A model generated the notes under the pieces. The model worked only from the letters and a program-made list of their open reading frames with translations, did no database searches and was not told the origin of the DNA. From Vermamoeba vermiformis (taxonomy: Eukaryota), in contig JBEWZL010000128.1 of assembly GCA_045837725.1 (NCBI GenBank), positions 1 to 56,796 of the forward strand: a stretch of DNA of 56,796 bases. The letters are read 5' to 3'. A program made the translations under genes and the position numbers. Shown here one piece after another: positions 1 through 11,868 of the stretch (positions are counted from its first letter, which is position 1; the number at the start of each line of letters is the position of its first letter).

Positions 1-2013
1 ATAAAATTTTTCGTTTGAGAACTACTCTAAGCAAGGCGTGTTTGTAACGAGGAATAAACTAGCAAATAGTTAGTATTTATAAATAAATAGTTATTAGTAT
101 TTTAAATAAGAACCGAGCAATCTTTACTTACGCTTGCCAGTCTTGTTCCAAATGCAGATCCGAGTTTACACAGCGAAATCAACAACGACTTGTTTTGTGC
201 ATCTATTGAAGATGAATCTGATAGCAGCTCAATAATCGAGTTGTTCAATTTGTTAAATTTTTCGTCGTTGATTAGACCACTGTTTTCCTCGTTGATCAAA
301 CACAATATTGCCTCTACAAAAAATAGCCTAAAATAGAATTAAATGAGTTTTATCACAAATATATTTTCGTAATAATTTAATTAATATCGATTAAATGGAA
401 ATATGGCCAGCGGTAACTAACCCAAAGCTTTTTGGCTGGGAGTCAATAGCGTAACTCAAAGCGTCGAACAACTGCAATATTTCATCAGCAGTACTATTCT
501 CGTTCTCGAACATGACGAGCACTGAATGAAGAGCGACGTAGCCGTGTAGCTGGACAATCTCATGCGGAGATTTTATCGCCTCAAGTCCGAGTCTGAAAGT
601 TCAGATCAGCTTCAAGTTTGTTTAATAGGCATGACTTTACCGAATAGCAGTGGCTTTGACGACATCACTATCATGCGTGGTACATTGAATGAGCGTTGAT
701 AACGCACTCGCTTGAATTTTCCAATCACTGCTGTTGCATTGATCCGCAACTACCGTACACAGTACTTGATGCAGCTCTATTGCAATAAAATTATATTAAT
801 AACGGCTAGCTTTGTTGAATATATAAATAAAGCCTTAGATAATGCGTACCGTCTGCATTTGGAGTTGATGCATGAATTAGATCCAGCGCGGGTAATTCTG
901 TGGGAATGCAGAACTTGAACTGGGTCATAGATCCCTCCTTCTAGTAAAAGTGTTGGTATATTATGTAATAATAACGTTTAATAACGGCATACCACCGTGC
1001 AATAACGGCCAAGCGAGATCTGTAGTTCAATGAGAGCTCGGAATGCTTTGCTGAAGCGATCGTTTGGTTCTTTTACGTCTTTAAATGATAGACACGCTTT
1101 TCCGAGCAGATAAATTGCCGTTTCAATGTCTTTTTGGCCGATAAAGTTTGCTAGATGAACAAAATTGGCGCTCCAGCTTCAAAAAAATCGATAAATTATT
1201 TGCGTATTAATTATATGTCATTAAGACTTACGTAATTCTATTGGAGCTAGTAGCAAATGTTTCAAAGGCGAGTGGAAATATAATGGACTTGTAACGAGCA
1301 TCATTCCGTTCAAAAAATATTTTGTAAAAATCACCAAGGAACCAAAAGCCCACTCCAGCGATCTTTCCATTAATTTCGGAATATTCTAAAGCATTACTAA
1401 GTGTTTGGAAATTTTCTGGCGTTAGTTCCGAATCCGCCTGCAACAACATTAGCTACACAATCAACAATGGGCTTATACGTACAGGTATATTGTGGACTAA
1501 ACGTCTGCTAGTGTCCTTTATCGCTTCAATAAGGTTATCTATGTTCTTCCTGTAGAAGATCAGCAATAAGATCCGAAAGTAGCACAAAATCTTACCTAAC
1601 AAAATAATACCGCTTATAATCAGGAACAAGAACTCCTCCTATATATGAAATTAGATTGGTCGTATAATTGAGCCTTAACCATACTCTCTAATCTGGTGGG
1701 AAAAAGATAAGCGTTGGCATCTGGAACTGGATTCAAAACACAGCAATTATTCTCCCAGCAAGCCAAATAATCATTCCAATAAGCTTTTGAATTAATTACT
1801 CTCTGCCACTCCGAGCATACTTGAGCGATTGAAGCTGAATTAGATCAGTTAGCAACTCGAACCAGCAATTTAATTGGGAGCACGCCCATTAAATCGTGTA
1901 TTTAAATATTATTTAAATTAAATTATACCTAGAGATGTAAGTTCGGCTAATTTAAGGATGGTAGATGTTATTTCCACCGGCAGTGCCTCAAAATAATTTA
2001 CAGAAAGTTCCAT
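1..2013 (-). CDS. F-box protein with C-terminal helical (ARM/HEAT-like) repeats; multi-exon, 3' end probably runs off the window
   Basis: ATG at 2013. Spliced N-terminus MELSVNYFEALPVEITSTILKLAELTSL|ASIAQVCSEWQRVINSKAYW fits the F-box consensus (LP.EI...I...L....C..W). Downstream exons are amphipathic helical (SALSTLIQCTTHDSDVVKATAIR; LNNSIIELLSDSSSIDAQNKSLLISLCKL). Confidence 0.7.
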
Positions 2014-2260
2014 GAGCAAGTTGATTGATGCTGCTTCGTGGATTCCTCTTGAGTTAGGGAGCTAATAACAATTTGCCAACAAAAAACTTGTGTGACCGTC
2101 AGGTGACAAAATGACAGTGTAGGGGGAATTTTACCTACGACTAACAACTAATTTCGTGTCATTTGGCGACCAGTCGTACTACCTAACTCGATACTACTAT
2201 TATGAAGATATTTATAATAAAGCAAGTTATAACAAAATTGAACAAAAAGGTTCGAATCTT

Positions 2261-5200
2261 TTATCGGCGTTTGGTGTCGTCCACGAGCTCCACGTATTCC
2301 AATCCAGAAAGGCTCTAAATATTGAATCATTAATTAAAATAAAGAATTAATTTCGGAGCGACTCTGCTACGTACCGTCTTCTTCTTGCGACTGTTTTGGA
2401 CCAGCTTGATAATGACTGCAACACCAATGCCAACAACAGCGAGACAACCGGCAATAATGAGAAGAATATACAATGGATGCATACCTACAAAGAACAAATC
2501 AGTTAAAGTCTTGCACAGGAGAGATTTGATCCGGATGTGGATCGTACCTGCAGCACCAGAAGGTGCTTCGACAACGTCAGTAGCAGGTGCGTTTTGCTCA
2601 ACAGGCGTATACACAGGTACGGCAATAGGTGCTTGATAGACAGGCGTTTGACCGAAAGGTGCGGTGTAGATAGGTGTTTGAGCGACAGGTGTCTGAACGG
2701 GTGGTTGTGCCACGGGTACGGCGACAGGTGTGGCAGCGACTGGTGCTTCGACTGGCGCTGCAACTGGAACTTCAACTGGGGTGGCTGCAACTGGCTCGGC
2801 AATTGGTTCCGAGAACACAGGAGGGGCAACAGGAACAACTCCGACGGGCACTCCTAAAAAGGAAATGTTAGGTCGGATACAAGGAGAGACGGTATTCATG
2901 AATGGGCTTAAGAAAGCATCTATATGACGAGAGCGTACCAGGAGTTTGCAAAGAGGCAGTCAAACTAGCTTGCAAAGGCTCAGAACCTTCGTTGTAAATA
3001 GCAAACACAACGGTCGTCGACTGAGAAGTGGCCTCAAACGAGATTAAGTCGCTGGTAGCGTCAAAACGTTGTCCGGACACGGTGTCACTGCCCGCCGTAA
3101 AGTCGCTAATAGCAGGGAACTCGCCGTCATTCGAGACCAAAACGACAAAACTGCCAGTTTGCTCGGTAGATCGTTTCTTTCCCGCCCTTTGGATGGACAA
3201 AGACAAAGTCGGGTTAGTGCCGCTTTGCGAACGAGTTGTGGTGAAGAACTGATATTGATTGGACGCAACGTTAATTTGTGTGCCGCTAATAGGGAACGTT
3301 ACTGGCGTTTCAACTAAAAACGCGGGAGTTAGAAAAAGAGCGGTGAATTAGCATCATCGGGGTCTTACTGTGCACAGCAGTGTTGACCGTGAAGTGAACA
3401 GTGATTGGGCCCCAGTTGCGCACGGCAAGGTAAGCCACGCCGTCGCCGCGGACTGGCGCAAAATGGCTGAGTTCGCCGTACATGTCGATGTCACGAACGT
3501 TGTCACCGAAAGGAGGGAAGGCAGGGTACACGTCCTACCGTAAATGTCAGATAACCAAATCTTATAAGCCAATAATAGTACCTCGTCTAAAGCAACAGAG
3601 ACGTTTGCTTTGAAGTTTGATTGGGAAGTCAAATGAATTTCACCGATGTAGCGAGAAGGTGCTTCGAGGAGCGTACTTGGCACTTGCATGTCATGAGTGA
3701 AATAGATCCACGTGTGACCGTTCACTGAGTGCTCGACGGAAGTGTCCAAGACGTACTCACCTAATAAATAAAATTAATAACAACGTTCATCTTAGGAGAA
3801 ATTGTGCGCAATTAGAAGGGTCCGACGTACGAATTCCAGTGGCCGCGAATTCATAGGTGTGATTGACTTGAGTTGAATCAGGCGCAGCAAACAAGCCAGT
3901 GTAGAGCATGTAAGAAGTACCAGCAGTAAAACTTGACGCGGGCCAATAGACCATTTGACGAGTGACCACATCCGCACCTTCGACGAAGTTCTCGGTACGA
4001 GGCCAGTACAAGCGAGAAGCAATTGCGTGATTGGCAAATGTAGGGAACGGGTTGCTACTTTCATTGCTCACTAAAAAGTTGACTTCGCGCGTAATTTCAT
4101 GATCGAAACCTTCAATGTGGTTGGTGAAGGCCAGATCAAAGAAGACTCCTTGATTGTCGACGCCATTGTACGCCATCTTGTAGTAATGCCAGCGGTTAGG
4201 TTGAATTTGATTTTCGATGGTCGCTCCGAGAGTGTGTTCGAAGCGATCTGAAATTGCGTTAGATCGAGCTGGATGGAACATTCTCGAAACTTACTTTGGA
4301 AGGAGGCGACAATCGAGTAAGTCAACGAAACATCAGTGTCGTTGTTATTTTGTTGTTGGACTTCAACGACGGCGTACCATTTGCCGTAAAGAGAGCGAGA
4401 TTTGTCGAGTTCCAAAAACAGATCTTCCACTGAAGACTCGTAGGAGATCTCATTGGTCAAAGGTGTAGGGAGTCTTCATAATTAAATTAGGTTAATGCAT
4501 AGGAACGAAATTCATCTTACCTGTTCTGGCGGAGTTGGATGCGAACATCAATGTCGTTCTCGCGGACGTTCAGAGCCAAATGGAAAATGGTAGAAATTCT
4601 TCGAAAATCGTTAGTTATCGTACAAAAAGTAATAATGAATGCTTACCTGAAGTCTCGTAAGAATGGTAATGAGCCAACTTCAACGGGGATCTCGTAAGCA
4701 ACAACACGATTGGCCAGATTATTGTGAGGGAGAACAGTGAACAAATTGAGAGTATAGACCTCTATTAAAAGCTATTAGACCGATGTCACTAAATGAGTGT
4801 ATGACATAACAACTCACCCATGTATCGAGGTGTCACGGACACATTTCCGAATGCAGTCTCGGGACCAGTGTAGACAATTGCTACGGCATAATCACGGCTA
4901 GCAACATCTTGAGTCTGTCTACCAGCAATGAAGAATTCGGTGGTCTAAAAGGATCGTGATACTAATTAGTAATTGGTACGAGAAGTGGGTGGATCACGCG
5001 ACTAAAATTTTAACTTACCGCGTCACTGTTGTTCATTTCATAAGTAATAGCGTTATTGACATCGAGCACAATTGTATTGTAGAATCTCAAAGTGATTCTT
5101 TCACTAGGCAGTAAAGCACGAGGCAAGTTGACTTCGAAGTACACGATAGCTTCGGGGACTTCTTGGGGGAGCATGAAATAAGACATTCGAATCATATGCA

Positions 5201-6703
5201 AGCGATTATTTAAGAGGACGACGTCGTCTGTTTGGTCAAGGCCACCAATGGATCGATCTGATCGATAAAGTGTCAAATTAGTTCGCTGAAAGTGACATCT
5301 CGACACGTGTCATTTTTCATTGCATTTTGAATCGAGGTAGCTCGCAGTATCGCTATTATATTAATAAGAGTTCGTCATAACGTACCAACAAGTGACACGG
5401 TGAAAGTAGCTTCCAATTCCAACTCAGCGGTGTTGAAGAAGCCCAAGATCCATTTCGTACTAGTCATGTTGAGGAAGTCTGTGATGGGAATTTCCTCGAA
5501 CAAAGTCAAGCGATAAACAGTTTGATTGAATTCGTTGAGGAATTGAGTTTCAGCCGCGACAGTAGCACGCTCCAAATGACGAGCAGGAGTTGGATAGTCA
5601 CCTGATAAATTTGTTAGCTTAATGTCTTTATGTTATTTAATATTATGTCATACCTTGACTAATCGTAAGCAAACGTTCGAGTGCGTTTTCGTTCAAGATT
5701 GGAGTCAAGCTATCGAAAGCGAGATCGAATCTAACAGCTGTTGTCTCCATAAGCACGTTTGCAGTGTGATTAATTACTACATGATAGTAGATGATTTCCA
5801 TTGGTGTTAATGTCTCGCGGGTTGGTTGATTGAGCTCGAATGGCGTATCCGCTACAGAAAAAATTGTCAAAATGTTAGAGCACTTCCACAAATAGAAATC
5901 TAGCGATAGTCATGATAAAACAAGTTTAGACGATCGAAATGCGTCGGTGAAATAAAAATTGTGCGCATCAGCGAGACATACCAAGCAATAAGTACGTGAC
6001 ATTAAAGGAGGCATTAACCTGCTGTAAATTATATACTATGACATAGTAGACTCCTTCGGCAATATCTGTTGAGGGCCAAAAAGCGACACCACGCGAAGCT
6101 AAACGAAATCCAGATAAGTTTGTGGATCTCAATGTGATCGAGTAGTTTATCGTAAATAATACTTACATTGGGCTTGCGCTAAAGCAAGTGATGTATCATT
6201 AGGGAATTCTCTGCTAAGGGCGACCGTCAAGTTGGTGCCAAACTCCTCATCTTAAAAAAATCAGAACTGTTAATTTCAAACTTGTGTTAAATCCTTCGAA
6301 GATTATCAAAATTAAGTCTGCATATTAGACCAAAGATTAGGAAGTTCATAATTTTAGGTCCGGTTGTGCTTCATGACATCCAAATTGAAAGTTCGCTCAT
6401 ATTTTCAAATATTACTAACCTTCCTCTAAATATTCTTTATCTGTTGTAAAAATAGCGAGGGCAACAGACCGATTGGCCAATTCCTCTTCTGTGAGCAAAA
6501 CTTGGTAGATCAGAACTTCACCAGGCAGTAAAAATCCAGGCGCAAATTCTCCGGGCTGAATTTCAACTAATTTAGACGCATTAATGTAAGTTAATTTATA
6601 ATAATATATAAAATTCATTTGATTGTTACGAACCTGGATCTTGAGCTCGAACAGTTGACAACGTAATTGCCAATAATACAATTACTGCAAGACCTTTAAA
6701 CAT
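2261..6703 (-). CDS. Large type-I membrane surface glycoprotein: signal peptide, tandem beta-rich repeats, Pro/Val/Ala/Thr stalk, single TM, short tail
   Basis: ATG 6703 gives MFKGLAVIVLLAITLSTVRAQDP (signal peptide). Many exons match the ORF-track fragments at 2868-6681. TM segment LYILLIIAGCLAVVGIGVAVII then RKKKT; a final intron gives SLSGLEYVELVDDTKRR-stop at 2261. Confidence 0.8.
2570..2850 (-). repeat. Coding low-complexity repeat (PVAAT/PVEA/PVxQT), mucin-like stalk
   Basis: PIAEPVAATPVEVPVAAPVEAPVAATPVAVPVAQPPVQTPVAQTPIYTAPFGQTPVYQAP in ORF 2330..2899. Confidence 0.85.
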
Positions 6704-6847
6704 CTGAGACGTGTTCAAGAACTTGGAGAACAGAAATAATAATCGGCTGTCAAACCTCATGTCAACCTATCATCCCCGCGCCAGAAAAAACACATCTTAA
6801 TTTATTTAATATTTCATGGTTATTGAGCATTATATTATTAAAAAGAT

Positions 6848-7432
6848 CTACATTTCTCTTTGAAAAGATTGCTGAACTTGAAGAATATCCTTCTGAAGCT
6901 CGACCTGCATCCCCGCCAATTTGGTCTTGCGATCGTTCAATTCGTCAATTTTTTCTTGATAGGTAACAATCAGTTCTTCGCGCTGTCTTATCCGTGTTTC
7001 TAAGGCGCCAAGAGCAATTTGGATGGCTTCGTAATTTTCTTTAAATTGTTGCAATACAGAGAGAGCAGCTGGTGTGGGTCCAAACAACTTGTATTTCTTT
7101 GCGATGTGAAGCATTGAAGTGTTCAACGCTGTAAGCTCAGAATACGAGCGTACTGAATAGTTAAGCTTGTCATTAAAAAAATCTTCAATGCATTGAATTT
7201 TAACAGGTTCGCAGAGGGTCAGAAGATCTCTATGGTGGTAGCCTGCTTCTTGAATAACTAGCTTTCTTTCTGATACATTTTGATTGTCTTGAAGCGTCTC
7301 TTTAATAGACCATGTTCGTAAAAGAGACAGGGAGGATCCCTGTAGGCGCACAATGATTTCTTCATTGACGGCGGCAAGTGCTTCAATCTTATTTATAAGG
7401 AGAATATCTTGACTTACATCAACGTGAGACAT
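6848..7432 (-). CDS. Intronless 194-aa hypothetical protein with C-terminal coiled coil
   Basis: ATG-initiated open frame in AT-rich DNA; heptad pattern LETRIRQREELIVTYQEKIDELNDRKTKLAGMQVELQKDIL. Confidence 0.65.
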   Translation of the reverse strand: MSHVDVSQDILLINKIEALAAVNEEIIVRLQGSSLSLLRTWSIKETLQDNQNVSERKLVIQEAGYHHRDLLTLCEPVKIQCIEDFFNDKLNYSVRSYSELTALNTSMLHIAKKYKLFGPTPAALSVLQQFKENYEAIQIALGALETRIRQREELIVTYQEKIDELNDRKTKLAGMQVELQKDILQVQQSFQREM

Positions 7433-7639
7433 TGTGTTATTTGTAGGAATTGAGATTTTGACAGCGCAAATTTTCGATTAAATTGACCCGGTCAAGATTT
7501 GGTCAAACACGGCCGTGTTGCAACACGGTGCCGTGCTCTTGAAATCACAATTGATTTTGTTTGTACGAATAAGGTGTAATGAAGACAAATCCAAATGAAT
7601 AGGCTGTTTGCGAACCAAATTATTGTTCTAGATCCGAAT

Positions 7640-9101
7640 TTAAATTGAAATAAGCTTTAAATCGTCAGGATACAAATTAACCATATTTCGCAGTATTTTC
7701 ACGTTATCAGCATCCAATATGGCAGAATGAAATGGTTTGTTTGGTTGTCGTTGGTCTCTGCTGTAATTAATAGTTTGCATGACATCGTCCGTAGTAACAA
7801 CAACGTGAACAGGACCCTCCGGCTGTATCTCTAATACTCTTCGAATTGCTGTTCTAAACGCTCTATTTATGATTTCATTGATGTCATCTGCATTCGCGCC
7901 TTCTGATGCTTTGGCAATAACATCGTGATCTATTTCAGCGCTCAAAGTATCTTGTCGATTATCGTTATTTCCTAGTATAGCAATACGAGTCAGCAACAAC
8001 TCTTTACGAGCTGCTTCGTCCGGGTGTTTAAGGTGAACCAAATTGACTTTGCACGAGGCAAACCTGCAATAATTCAATTAACTTTACCGCATTCTCATCA
8101 TATTCTATAATATATATATATATATATGAGCTATATTATACGTACAATTTTACGAATGGCTCGGTGATGACATACGGATAGTTGCTGTATATCATCAAAA
8201 TTATGTCGTCCCGATCTGAAACTTTGCGTTAATAAGGCCAATACTATAGATGTACTTACAGTTGTTTACTATTTGAATGAATTCATTAGCTAGCTTTGGA
8301 TCGCTGATAATTGGATTGGTGCCCACCGGTGTATTGTCAAAATCGTTGACCATTAGCACAATCTTCTTGCCTCGTGCTTGGGCCGCTGTTAAAACTTTCA
8401 AAAATTCTTCGGTAAAGCTAAAAATATGATTCGTTAGTATTGTTTTAAACATATTAATATTCAAGCGTCGCTACCTTGGATGATTAGCATTGGCAATAAA
8501 GTTCAGATCGTACAGAAAAATTGAAAATAATTCGTTCTTATCCTCGTTGTTCTTAAATAAATCGGCCATCTTATAGAAGTAACCCGATCCAGTGCCATTA
8601 TACAAGCAATTCTTATTTAACACGTCTGGTAATTAAAATGAGATTTGAGGATTAGCGGATCAGCTGTTACACGAGCTTACACGGCGAAATTAGGACTTCT
8701 TCTATGAATCTTTTCACATTATTAGCCAGAGGCACTTCGTTTAGGCAGAGAATGTCGCGAGAGTACGCGTGCATCCGACAGTACAAAGACCTCCACTGAT
8801 CTCCAATAGCCTTTTGATTGCATCGAATTAATTAAGGTATCCAATAACATAATGTATTATATTACTTTTTTGTGTTCGTGATCATTTTTGAAATGCGTCC
8901 AGCGCTCAAAATAAAAAGCTTGCCATAACCTAATTGAAAAATATTCAACCCGCGTTAAAAAATAAAATGTTAATTGAATAATTACCTCCAATTAGTGGTA
9001 TAATTTCGCCATTGGTGACAGACGCTCGAGGATTGCACCAACGATATCACATCCAATTTTCTAAATATAAGTTCTACAATCTCGCTCGATAAGCTCTCCA
9101 T
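7640..9101 (-). CDS. F-box protein fused to a degenerate AAA+ ATPase module
   Basis: ATG 9101 gives MESLSSEIVELIFRKLDVISLVQSSSVCHQWRNY (F-box). C-terminal PDEAARKELL...IDHDVIAKASEGANADDINEIINRAFRTAIRR...VTTDDVMQTI resembles the classical AAA lid. Walker-B-like IVLMVNDFD. Confidence 0.75.
8111..8127. repeat. (TA)n microsatellite in an intron
   Basis: tatatatatatatatat read directly. Confidence 0.9.
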
Positions 9102-9721
9102 TGCTCTTATTGCAAAATTAAATTAAATTAAACTGGATTGAACAGCTACTTTTGTTATTAATCATGCCACGTGTTACTATTAATGCCGGAAAATTTAGGA
9201 ATGACCACGTCACGTTTGCGCTAGCTAGAACTTAGATAAAATTTTAATGGCCAGATAAATCTTGCTAGGAATGTATTCTAATCACGGCGTAATCACGGCG
9301 GCTGGTGGATTATAGGATGCTGCTGAGATCGAAGCTCGCCGCAAGTACTTGTACTAGCCGCGCTATCTCACTTGAACGTTAAGAACAACGGCGGTCGTCC
9401 TGGATCACGTTGGCGCTTGGCTCAAGGCTAAACCCGTTACGCAGTTCTTAATCTGTGTTAATTAACCTCCAAAATTACTAGTACTAGTATTTTTAAGCTT
9501 TGACATCAGTTTATCATCCGAAAGCACTCGTCTTTCGCTTACACTGGATTAAAATCTTTTTCCGGAGTTTTTCTTAAAGCTAGGTTATTGGCCGGCTCAT
9601 AAGCAAATAATGCGAGTGTTCCAAATATAGCAACCAAAAAGTTTTGTACTCGAAGTTTTTCTTGTTTCATTCTAATTTTCGTGTATCGTCAGTTAACTAC
9701 CGCACGTCACTAAACTTAATC

Positions 9722-9892
9722 ATGGACAACGACTTTTGTAACCCGACTGACCCGCTTGTGACTTGGCCTCGCCCCTCTCCTCGCATGCCTGGTCCTTACT
9801 TCCCCGGGGACGACGATCCTCAATGGCCTACCGACCCTGTTCCTATTCCTAGAATCCCCAAAATCCCTGAGCCCATGCCAGAATACATGTAA
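9722..9892 (+). CDS. Putative 56-aa proline-rich microprotein
   Basis: ATG at 9722; GC-richer than flanks; MDNDFCNPTDPLVTWPRPSPRMPGPYFPGDDDPQWPTDPVPIPRIPKIPEPMPEYM; AATAAA about 50 bp downstream. Confidence 0.5.
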   Translation: MDNDFCNPTDPLVTWPRPSPRMPGPYFPGDDDPQWPTDPVPIPRIPKIPEPMPEYM

Positions 9893-10317
9893 AGCGGGCA
9901 CAGAGCTTAAAAATTCGGATGTAATTCCGATTGTCTCATAAATAAACTAATAGCAACTGTTATTGGGAAACATTGCTGTGCTTACATACGTGGTTCATCA
10001 GCGCTACTCAAACTGCACATGCGACCACCGGAATGACGACACAGATCCGTTTTCAGGTTTCCAAAGCAGTTACTAACATAATTACGCGCATTCATTACAA
10101 AAGTAGGCAACTGATCAGTTAATGTTCGTTACTCGTACATTTTAAGCCAGGTTTCTTTCTTCTTTCTTTCTTAAGACAGGAAAAACGTTTCGGCAAGAAA
10201 GCTCTTGCCAACTTTCTTTTCGTAAATTTTAAACGTAATACTATTACAACCATTTACTACTAGTTGTACTACTTCGTACACGCAATTACGGGAGCGAGCT
10301 TTTGGATTTTCGGCAAC

Positions 10318-10956
10318 ATGAAGAAAATTATCGTAGCGTTGCTGGTGGCTACATATGCTTTCTTTATGGCTAGTGGCTACGTCTACCTAGTTGCCCCTAC
10401 TACACCGAAGGACTGCCAGGCGAGCGACTTCAGCTTGGGAATTGAGATCTCACCTTTGGAATGCACTTACACCGTAGATACGAATACTCCACCCAAATTT
10501 TCACCATTTTATGCCATTGCCACATGCAGCAAATATTTTCTTTATGAATAAGGCTGCGGAACTACGGATATGTGCTCGAATCCGCCGTACTTTTGCACAG
10601 AATTTAATATTATGCCTCTTGGATGCAATAGCAACGATAATTTATATTATAGCTGCTTTGATGATTATACGGAGGCTCTATCTCAACTAGGAACCTCATC
10701 CTTCGTACAGATCGCCCAATCCAACGTTGATCAATGCGGCAATATGGCCAACTACAAAGTCTATCCTATTAATAAGTGCGTCGAAACGCTCCACCATGGC
10801 GACGAATGGCCTGCAGTGCAATATAAATGCAACAGCACGCATGTAGCGAAATCTTTTTTCTATGACGAAGGGTGCAGAAAATTCGCTTTCCTCGAATATC
10901 ATCAATTGAATACTTGCGAGGGTCAAAGAAATGTTTATACTTGTAAAGGGTACTAG
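10318..10956 (+). pseudogene. Secreted cysteine-rich protein interrupted by one in-frame TAA (pseudogene, null allele or sequencing error)
   Basis: Signal peptide MKKIIVALLVATYAFFMASG. ORFs 10264..10551 and 10570..10956 are in the same frame, separated only by TAA at 10549-10551. No frame-preserving GT-AG intron found. AATAAA follows the final stop. Confidence 0.6.
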
Positions 10957-11173
10957 AATAAATAAAAATTAATTATTGATCGTACCCGATCTGGATCCAC
11001 TACTAATCTCGTCGCATTTTGCATGCAACATTAACCAGTAGAAAATTCGGGATTATACTATTAAATAGCGTTGAGCAATATTTGAAAACTAAGCACCATT
11101 TCGGGTGTCAATTTCAAGCTACATCCGTAAAATTGCGATATTTACATTCAGTTCAACTTACATCGAGTCTAAT

Positions 11174-11868
11174 TTATGCGAAATCAAAGCTATCAATATC
11201 GGGTATAGCTTCGTCTTCTTTCTTTTTCTTTTCTTTGGTCGCGATCCTGTTCTCGACGTTTTTCAAAGCTCGTTTGTAGTCCTCATCGTTCGGATCTAGT
11301 TTCAACGCCTCTTCATACGCTGCTTTTGCTTCTTGGTCCATACCCTTCCATTCATAAATATACGCGACAGTTGCCCTAATCACAATATTGTTCGGCCATT
11401 TTTGAACTGCTTTTAATGTCAAATCCAAAGCTTTGTCGAACTCTTTTACGGTCAAGTAAGCTGCATTAAGATTATCCCACTAAATAATAATATTAGGACG
11501 CCTTACAAGTCTTCAACATTTACTTACAGGCTCTAGAAAATTGGGATCAAGTTCGATCGCTTTTTCGAAGCATTCAATTGCATAATCGAATTGAGCTTTT
11601 TCATATGCCTCGAGCCCTATATATTTTTGAATTATTAAAATAATATTATTATATTTTCAAGCTGACAAATTGAATCTGAAAACGGCAGATTTACTTTTCA
11701 CTTTAATAACACTTAATTACGCTCTAAATATTGCTAATAATTAATTTTATTACCTTCAATATTCCATGCTTCAGGCTCAGTCGGCTCCTTTGGTTTCAAT
11801 TGGCCGCTTGCGATCAACTGTTGCACGAGTCTTTGCAAAGACGCTTCATCCAAATTATTTAAATCCAT
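11174..11868 (-). CDS. Small TPR-repeat protein (3 exons)
   Basis: ATG 11868. AWNIEG|LEAYEKAQFDYAIECFEKAIELDPNF and AYIYEWKGMDQEAKAAYEEALKLDPND are TPR consensus matches. Confidence 0.85.

Noticed and set aside
2385..3317. Several overlapping plus-strand ORFs (Cys/Arg/Trp-rich or Gly/Thr/Ala-rich)
   Set aside because: Antisense shadows of the repetitive stalk exons of the minus-strand surface protein.
10549..10551. Possible TAA/TAG-to-Gln genetic code
   Set aside because: Conserved genes in the window end at TAA, TAG or TGA at the expected positions, and their exons lack in-frame stops.
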